This document shows, in pieces, positions 57,884 to 64,000 of a stretch of DNA of 64,000 bases (position 1 is its first letter; every line of letters starts with the position of its first letter). A program made the translations under genes and the position numbers. Origin of the DNA: Flavobacteriales bacterium. GTDB taxonomy: Bacteria > Bacteroidota > Bacteroidia > Flavobacteriales_D > Crocinitomicaceae. Location of the stretch: the NCBI GenBank assembly GCA_947463385.1, contig CANHSL010000003.1, positions 658 to 64,657 of the forward strand, read 5' to 3'. Below the pieces are notes generated by a model that made no database searches, had not been told where the DNA came from, and saw only the letters and a list, made by a program, of their open reading frames with translations.

Positions 57884-59155
57884 TTAAATATAATCAAATC
57901 CAGTGTAGGTCTGAAGTGCTTTTGGTACAGCCACTCGTCCATCCGTTTGCTGATGATTTTCTAACAAAGCCGCCATAACTCGTGGAAGTGCTAGGGCAGA
58001 ACCATTCAAGGTGTGACAAAGCTTGGTTTTCTTATCGTGGTCTTTAAATCGCAATTTCAGGCGGTTTGCTTGAAAGGTATCAAAACGAGAAACGGAACTT
58101 ACTTCTAACCATTTTTCTTGAGCCGCGGAATACACTTCAAAATCAAAGGTCATAGCCGAAGCAAAACCCATGTCTCCACCACATAAGCGTAAAACGCGGT
58201 ATGGAAGTTCAAGTTTATCTAATAACCCTTTGACGTGTTCAACCATTTCTTCAAGTGCTCTTGCCGTATGGTCTGGATGTTCTACACGCACAATTTCTAC
58301 TTTATCAAACTGGTGCAAACGATTCAAGCCGCGGACATCCTTCCCATAGGAACCTGCTTCTCTTCTAAAACAAGGGGTGTAGCCGCATAACTTAAATGAA
58401 AACTCCGGGTGTTGAATTAATTCGTCCCGAAAAATATTGGTGAGTGGAACTTCCGCTGTTGGAATTAAGTACAAATTATCTGTTGCATCATGATACATTT
58501 GTCCTTCCTTGTCTGGTAATTGTCCGGTACCAATTCCACTTGCCTCATTAACCATTAACGGGGCTTGATACTCCTCATATCCAGCAGCAGAGGCCTCATC
58601 TAAAAAAAACGAAATTAAAGCGCGTTGTAATTTTGAGCCTTTTCCACGATAAAATGGGAACCCAGCACCTGTTACTTTTACTCCTAATTCAAAATCAATG
58701 ATTTGTTTTTCTTTACAAAGATCCCAGTGTGGTTTTGCTTGAAAATCAAACGAGGGGACTGTTCCAGACTGAAAAACAACCTGATTATCATTCAAATCTT
58801 TTCCTTTTACCACGTCTTGAAACGGGGTATTTGGGATTTGATATAACAGTTGTTGAATCGCCGTTTCCAAGGCGTCAGACTCCACTTTAAGCGTAGATTC
58901 TTGTTGTTTGAGTAAGGTGGTTTGTTGCTTCAATTCATTTCCAGCCTCGACTCTACCTTCTTTATAACATTGCCCAATCTCTTTTGCAATCCGATTTGCT
59001 TCTTCAAGCGTTCGGTCTAACTCTTGCTTAATGCCACGCCATTGAGTATCTAAAGAAAGTAATTCATTAATCGTTGATTCAGCATTAATGTTTCGTTTGG
59101 ATAAGGCAGCAATCACTTGCTCTTTATCGGTACGAATTCGGGATAATTCGAGCAT
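57884..59155 (-). CDS. serS: Seryl-tRNA synthetase
   Basis: 423 aa with an N-terminal coiled-coil arm and class II motifs (FRREAGS..., GSALA..R). Confidence 0.97.
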   Translation of the reverse strand: MLELSRIRTDKEQVIAALSKRNINAESTINELLSLDTQWRGIKQELDRTLEEANRIAKEIGQCYKEGRVEAGNELKQQTTLLKQQESTLKVESDALETAIQQLLYQIPNTPFQDVVKGKDLNDNQVVFQSGTVPSFDFQAKPHWDLCKEKQIIDFELGVKVTGAGFPFYRGKGSKLQRALISFFLDEASAAGYEEYQAPLMVNEASGIGTGQLPDKEGQMYHDATDNLYLIPTAEVPLTNIFRDELIQHPEFSFKLCGYTPCFRREAGSYGKDVRGLNRLHQFDKVEIVRVEHPDHTARALEEMVEHVKGLLDKLELPYRVLRLCGGDMGFASAMTFDFEVYSAAQEKWLEVSSVSRFDTFQANRLKLRFKDHDKKTKLCHTLNGSALALPRVMAALLENHQQTDGRVAVPKALQTYTGFDYI

Positions 59156-59201
59156 ACGCGTTTAAAGGATTTGAATTACAAAAATAACATGGAACATTGG
59201 T

Positions 59202-59987
59202 TTACGGAAGGGTTTGTATCATTTTTTGATACCGCTCCGCTTGATTAAGTTCCCCAATGCAGCCGTATGTCTGTTTATGCGTTCGATACGCTTCAACCCG
59301 GTTTCCTGGATCGGGATGTGTGCTTAAAATTTCTGGCGGACTTACTCCACCTTCTTTTGATATTTTCTCAAAAAACAAAGCTCCTGCATCTGAGTTATAA
59401 TGTGTTGGACACAAGTATCTAACCGAACATTCATCCGCTTCTTTTTCATGCGTTCTTGAAAAGGAAAGACCAATTAACGAACTCGTGACTTGCCGAACCA
59501 ACTCCCTATCTCCTGCAATTAGACCAATCAACGTTTGTACGCCATACATTTTTGTGAGTTGGCGGGTACTATGCCGAAGGTCTGCATGTCCCATCTCGTG
59601 CCCAAGCACCCCAGCTAACTGATCTTCTGCTTCTAAGTACTTTAGAATTCCTGTATAAATATAGATAAAGCCTCCTGGCGCACAAAATGCATTTAAGGTG
59701 GAGTCGTCCTTAATAATTCTAATTCTCCATGGGAATTCTGTTTTATAATGTACTTGACCACTATTTAATAAGGAATCCCTAATACTGTACAAATACCCAT
59801 AAATTTTTGAATATGCGGTTGAATCAAGCAACTCCATACCGCTACTGTCACTTTCGATTTCCGATCGAACTTGTTCGCCCAATGCAATATCATCTTGTAA
59901 GGTAAATAAATTAACTGCATTTTCAGCGGAACCGCATCCCATTAAGAGCGCGATGCACAAACCCATACTAATTAATCCTATTCTCAT
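59202..59987 (-). CDS. M48 family zinc metallopeptidase lipoprotein
   Basis: 261 aa with lipobox LLMGC, an HEMGH motif and a downstream E (EKEADE). Confidence 0.9.
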   Translation of the reverse strand: MRIGLISMGLCIALLMGCGSAENAVNLFTLQDDIALGEQVRSEIESDSSGMELLDSTAYSKIYGYLYSIRDSLLNSGQVHYKTEFPWRIRIIKDDSTLNAFCAPGGFIYIYTGILKYLEAEDQLAGVLGHEMGHADLRHSTRQLTKMYGVQTLIGLIAGDRELVRQVTSSLIGLSFSRTHEKEADECSVRYLCPTHYNSDAGALFFEKISKEGGVSPPEILSTHPDPGNRVEAYRTHKQTYGCIGELNQAERYQKMIQTLP

Positions 59988-60075
59988 AATACAAATTTAC
60001 TGCTTTCAGCCGTTGATAAACGCTCGATTGTTGATTATTACTTAAAACTGGGTGTTTTTATATAGTCGCATTGGC

Positions 60076-60083
60076 TAATTTTG
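60076..60083 (+). promoter_or_regulatory. -7 box TAATTTTG for dut
   Basis: Perfect TAnnTTTG, 15 nt upstream of the ATG at 60099. It overlaps the TTG used by the ORF track. Confidence 0.5.
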
Positions 60084-60098
60084 ACTCATAAGAACCGT

Positions 60099-60533
60099 AT
60101 GAACGTTAAAATAATTAATAAAGGAACCTGTCCATTGCCGAGCTATGAAACCATAGGTGCGGCTGGAATGGATGTTAGGGCCAACCTTTCGTCGACCGTG
60201 TATGTGTCGCCAGGAGAACGAATGCTTGTCCCTACGGGGCTGTATTTGGAAATCCCAGTAGGACTGGAATGTCAGGTTCGACCTCGAAGTGGTCTTGCAC
60301 TAAAGAAGGGAATTACGGTATTAAATACACCCGGAACAATAGACTCTGATTACAGAGGGGAAGTGGGTGTAATTCTAATGAACCTTTCTAACGAAAATTT
60401 TACCATTGAGCCGAATGATAGAATTGCCCAACTGGTATTTTGCCCGGTTATCCAAGTAACATTAATAGAAACAGACGCTCTTGAATCATCGGATCGAGGA
60501 ACCGGTGGCTTTGGTAGTACAGGAAAAAACTAA
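60099..60533 (+). CDS. dut: dUTP diphosphatase
   Basis: [33 protein letters not shown] motifs. Confidence 0.95.
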   Translation: MNVKIINKGTCPLPSYETIGAAGMDVRANLSSTVYVSPGERMLVPTGLYLEIPVGLECQVRPRSGLALKKGITVLNTPGTIDSDYRGEVGVILMNLSNENFTIEPNDRIAQLVFCPVIQVTLIETDALESSDRGTGGFGSTGKN

Positions 60534-60538
60534 GGTAT

Positions 60539-61549
60539 ATGAATATTATTATCCCAATGGCAGGAAGAGGCAGCCGACTAAGGCCTCACACCTTAACGGT
60601 TCCCAAACCTCTGATACCTGTTGGAGGCATTCCCATCGTTCATCGCTTGGTAGCAGATATTGCTGCCGTATGTGGGTCATCCATTGAACATATTGGATTT
60701 GTTACTGGAGACTTTGGCGAAGATACTGAACGAGAATTATGTGAAATTGCCGAATCTTTCGGTGCCAAAGGACACATCTTTCATCAATTAACCCCGCTTG
60801 GCACTGGTCACGCTGTGTTATGTGCCGCCCCTTTATTATCAGGACCTACCGTTGTTGCTTTTGCAGACACCTTGTTTCGAGCCGATTTCACCATTAGTCC
60901 ATCAGATGAGGGCATATTATGGGTAAAACGGATTCCCAATCCGGAGCAATTTGGGGTTATCAAAATGAATGAGCGCGAAGAAATAATTGATTTTGTTGAA
61001 AAACCAACAGAATTTGTTTCAGACTTAGCCATGATCGGCATTTATTATTTTAAAGATGGTCATGCGTTACATCAAGAACTCAATTATTTAGTGGACCACG
61101 CGGTTATTAAAAGCGGAGAATACCAATTGCCAGATGCCCTTAGGCGCCTCACTGAAAAAGGCACTGTGTTTAAACCTGGAGAAGTTCAAGAATGGTTAGA
61201 TTGTGGGAACAAAGTCGTTACCGTTGAAACGAATGCACGGGTGTTAGATTATGACCAGACGGATGGAAAATTAAACACTTCAGCTTCGGCATTGATCGAA
61301 CATAGCGTGCTTATTCCGCCTTGTTTTGTTGGTGACGGAGTTGTGATTTCAAATTCAGTGATTGGACCGCATGTTAGTTTGGGCGCAGGAAGTGTTGTTC
61401 AAAATTCAATCATTGCAAATAGTATTATTCAGCAGAATTCAAAAATCTCATATATAAATATAGCGGATTCCATGGTTGGAAACCATGTAACGATAAATGG
61501 GAAGTCTAACAATGTAAGCCTTGGCGATTATACGGAATGGCATGAATAA
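60539..61549 (+). CDS. Sugar-phosphate nucleotidyltransferase with a C-terminal left-handed beta-helix
   Basis: N-terminal IIPMAGRGSRLRPHTLTVPKPL and C-terminal hexapeptide-like repeats. Confidence 0.88.
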   Translation: MNIIIPMAGRGSRLRPHTLTVPKPLIPVGGIPIVHRLVADIAAVCGSSIEHIGFVTGDFGEDTERELCEIAESFGAKGHIFHQLTPLGTGHAVLCAAPLLSGPTVVAFADTLFRADFTISPSDEGILWVKRIPNPEQFGVIKMNEREEIIDFVEKPTEFVSDLAMIGIYYFKDGHALHQELNYLVDHAVIKSGEYQLPDALRRLTEKGTVFKPGEVQEWLDCGNKVVTVETNARVLDYDQTDGKLNTSASALIEHSVLIPPCFVGDGVVISNSVIGPHVSLGAGSVVQNSIIANSIIQQNSKISYINIADSMVGNHVTINGKSNNVSLGDYTEWHE

Positions 61550-63215
61550 ACTGGTTCTTTATTTTATAATTCTCGGCTCTTTAATTGGATGCAAAACGGT
61601 GGAGACAACGAGTTCAGACGGCTCAATTCAAGTAATACAGCAATATCACGAAGGGCTTAGAGCTTATTTAAAAGGGGATTATGTCGTGGCGGAAAACATG
61701 GCGAACAGCGTGATTACTTTAAATCCGAAACATGACGGCGCGCTGTATTTACTTTCTAAAGTTTACTATGACCAAGGACGATTGGATGAATCGGCTAAAT
61801 TCTTATTAAAAGCGGGGGAAGCAGACCCTAAAAACACCTATTTGTTGTCTGAAATTGCATTTATGTATAGCAGTTTAGATAAACATAATGAGGCCGGGTT
61901 AATCTATGAAAAACTAATAAAATCAAATCCTCGAGAGATGCCCTATTATTTCGGTGGAATCGAAAATTATTTACAAGCAAAGAACTATAAGTCGGCAAGC
62001 CGTATTGTTTCGCTACAGGAATCTATCTTTGGTTCAACGATAGAAACCTACCTCAATCGGTATAAAATTTACTTGGCGCAAGATGACCAAAAAAAAGCAA
62101 TTCAACAACTCGAGGCGGGAATAACAGCTTTTCCCAATGAACCCTTGTTTTTAGCTAATTTGATTGATTTATATTTTCAGCAGAATGAACATAACAAAGC
62201 AATCCCCTTGTTGGAAAAACTGTGTGAAACGGATCCCGAAAACGGGATGGCAAAAATGGTGTTTGGTGATTACTTAATTAATACGGGTCAGAAAGAACGC
62301 GGAGAAAAATATCTAGCGGAAGCGGTTCTACTTGAGGGGCCAAGCATTGAACAAAAAGCACAGATTTTACTGGCCAAACACAAAAGTACGGGGTGTACAG
62401 AAGAAAACACGAAATTATTTAAAACATTCGCAGCGGATAATCCCAATGCGATCATCGGAAGAACATTACTGGGCGATTTATATGTTAAATGTAACCGCCC
62501 CGACCTTGCATTAACGCAATATCGAATAGCAGTAGAAATAAAACCCGATGCCTATCCGATTTGGAAACAGTTGTTATTAATAACATATAAAGAAGAACTT
62601 TGGGACACCCTCATTAATATAAGCGAATCTTGTCAAGCACTTTTTCCCGTTCAGCCGATGCCTTTTTTAACGATGGCCATAGCAAGAATTAAAAAAGGTG
62701 AACTTAATGAAGCCGAAAAAGCAATTGAAATAGGAAGCGGGCTTTTAGTAGATAACGATCCCGCTACGGAGGCCGAATTTGATTTTCAACGAGGGATTTT
62801 AGCCATAAACCGAAAACAACCGGCGTGGGCTAGATCCTGGTTTAACCATTCCATGCAATTACAGCCAGAAAATTATGAATTAAAGGCGGACATAGCGAAT
62901 GAAAGCATGGAGGCATCTGAACTTTTACCCTATGCCGATTCACTGCTGAATCAATGCATAACTATAGATCCGAGCAATGCGAAATACATGGCGATCAAGG
63001 GCCGCTTATACTATATGAAAAATGACTTGCTTTTAGCTAATTCTTGGTTAGAAAAAGCCATTATTCATGGATATCCACAAAAATTAGGTGAAGAATGGCT
63101 CGGAGATTGTGCATATCGCGCAGGCGACTTAGGAAGAGCTAAGTTATACTGGTTAAATGCGGTAAGTTTGGGCAACCAAACCGAACGACTAAAGCAAAAA
63201 CTCAAAAAGCTATGA
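61542..63215 (+). CDS. TPR-repeat lipoprotein
   Basis: The ATG at 61542 gives MNKLVLYFIILGSLIGC (lipobox). It overlaps the previous stop (ATGAATAA). TPR repeats run throughout. Confidence 0.8.
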   Translation: MNKLVLYFIILGSLIGCKTVETTSSDGSIQVIQQYHEGLRAYLKGDYVVAENMANSVITLNPKHDGALYLLSKVYYDQGRLDESAKFLLKAGEADPKNTYLLSEIAFMYSSLDKHNEAGLIYEKLIKSNPREMPYYFGGIENYLQAKNYKSASRIVSLQESIFGSTIETYLNRYKIYLAQDDQKKAIQQLEAGITAFPNEPLFLANLIDLYFQQNEHNKAIPLLEKLCETDPENGMAKMVFGDYLINTGQKERGEKYLAEAVLLEGPSIEQKAQILLAKHKSTGCTEENTKLFKTFAADNPNAIIGRTLLGDLYVKCNRPDLALTQYRIAVEIKPDAYPIWKQLLLITYKEELWDTLINISESCQALFPVQPMPFLTMAIARIKKGELNEAEKAIEIGSGLLVDNDPATEAEFDFQRGILAINRKQPAWARSWFNHSMQLQPENYELKADIANESMEASELLPYADSLLNQCITIDPSNAKYMAIKGRLYYMKNDLLLANSWLEKAIIHGYPQKLGEEWLGDCAYRAGDLGRAKLYWLNAVSLGNQTERLKQKLKKL

Positions 63216-64000
63216 AAACACTCGTTATTTCATTCAGTGTTATACTAACCATGTTCTTTAGTTCTTGCGCTCGGAAACATAATGTCGTTAATGTAAACAC
63301 CCCAGCAATTGAGTCCAATGACACCACATCCTTATTACCTGTTAAAAACAAATGGTTAGATAGTATTCATAATCAAACTTGGCGCTGGATGTATGGTAAA
63401 TATACCACGAGCTATGCTGATGGAAATAAAAAGTTCACCTTTAAAACGAGCTTAAAATGCACTAAAGATAGTGCCTTAAACGCACTCATTTCCTTTGCTT
63501 CTATACCCGTATTTAACGCACTGGCTACTACAGATAGCCTAATTTATGTAAACAAAAAAGACCGGTGTTATGGAAAAAAGAGCATCGCTTCATTTAAAGA
63601 CCTGCTTGGTGTTGAATTGTCCTTAAAAAACATCCAAGAGCTGTTTCTTGGACTGCCCTTAGGATATAATGATACGCTAGTTTACAAAGACAGTTTGAAC
63701 TTACGTGGTGACTCCTGCTATGTAAATGGTTTGGTGGTGGGTGACAAAACTATAGCATACTGCTATGCTTCAACTGTTAATGCTCCTCGCCTGGATTGGC
63801 AAGAAATCACAAGTAAAGAAGATGCTACGATAGCACGGGTGCAATATCTTTCATGGCAAAAACATAAAGACATGTTCATTCCTTCTAGCTTTATGATTGC
63901 CATTAAATCGAATGAACGGAACATAAATGTGCTGTTCGCGTACGATAAATTCGAATTAGACATTCCTCAAGAAATCTATCTTCAAATACCCGATGATTAT
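63212..64000 (+). CDS. DUF4292-like (LolB-fold) lipoprotein, C-terminally truncated by the window end
   Basis: ATG at 63212 overlaps the previous TGA (ATGA). Lipoprotein signal MKTLVISFSVILTMFFSSC. The frame stays open to position 64000. TPR-DUF4292 synteny is recalled from Flavobacteriia. Confidence 0.65.
   Translation, partial: MKTLVISFSVILTMFFSSCARKHNVVNVNTPAIESNDTTSLLPVKNKWLDSIHNQTWRWMYGKYTTSYADGNKKFTFKTSLKCTKDSALNALISFASIPVFNALATTDSLIYVNKKDRCYGKKSIASFKDLLGVELSLKNIQELFLGLPLGYNDTLVYKDSLNLRGDSCYVNGLVVGDKTIAYCYASTVNAPRLDWQEITSKEDATIARVQYLSWQKHKDMFIPSSFMIAIKSNERNINVLFAYDKFELDIPQEIYLQIPDDY

Overview
This is a Bacteroidota chromosomal segment, probably Flavobacteriia-like. Supporting evidence: moderate to low GC by eye, a SusC/SusD pair, type A and type B T9SS C-terminal sorting domains, many lipoprotein signal peptides, and TAnnTTTG -7 promoter boxes. 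Most of the window is densely packed core housekeeping.

Gene content by position:
- 1-12 kb, minus strand: a laminarin/beta-glucan polysaccharide utilisation locus. It encodes an MFS sugar transporter, a Nudix/NrtR-like regulator, SusC, SusD, a PKD surface glycan-binding lipoprotein, a GH16 laminarinase, a GH3 beta-glucosidase, and a truncated CBM-like secreted protein.
- 12-19 kb: dxs, then a heme-copper oxidase accessory operon (ctaB, two subunit III-like genes, subunit IV, two SCO-like proteins, DUF420).
- 19-28 kb: an OmpA/DUF4403 pair, icd, fumC, a DEAD-box helicase and queA.
- About 28 kb: a tRNA-Arg(UCG) locus.
- 28-34 kb: a large FG-GAP/SprB-repeat T9SS protein followed by an orphan family-5 solute-binding lipoprotein, then kynA.
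- 34-46 kb: murI-skp-skp-bamA-uppS, atpDC, an FtsX-like permease, rbfA and an MsbA-like exporter.
- 44-64 kb: a choice-of-anchor-L/Calx/PKD T9SS type B protein, lepA, a cytochrome b-like/cytochrome c pair, hflX, a thioredoxin-fold T9SS protein, a Sir2 deacylase, hemD, DUF4271, an acyl-CoA dehydrogenase, a TPR/lipoprotein pair, serS, an M48 peptidase, dut, a nucleotidyltransferase, a TPR lipoprotein and DUF4292.

I found no rRNA, CRISPR array, transposase, integrase, phage gene or recognisable defence or toxin system, and I cannot point to a clear novel multi-gene system.

The most unusual signals, all of moderate interest:
1. The tRNA-Arg gene is surrounded by exact orphan copies of its own 5' and 3' ends and carries an apparent U19:A56 elbow covariation.
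2. Both cytochrome oxidase subunit III-like proteins contain long, internally repetitive hydrophilic insertions.
3. A collinear three-block cis-element is shared by the two PUL upstream regions, next to the NrtR-like regulator.

All functional calls come from motif and family recognition by eye on the supplied translations. No database search was run.
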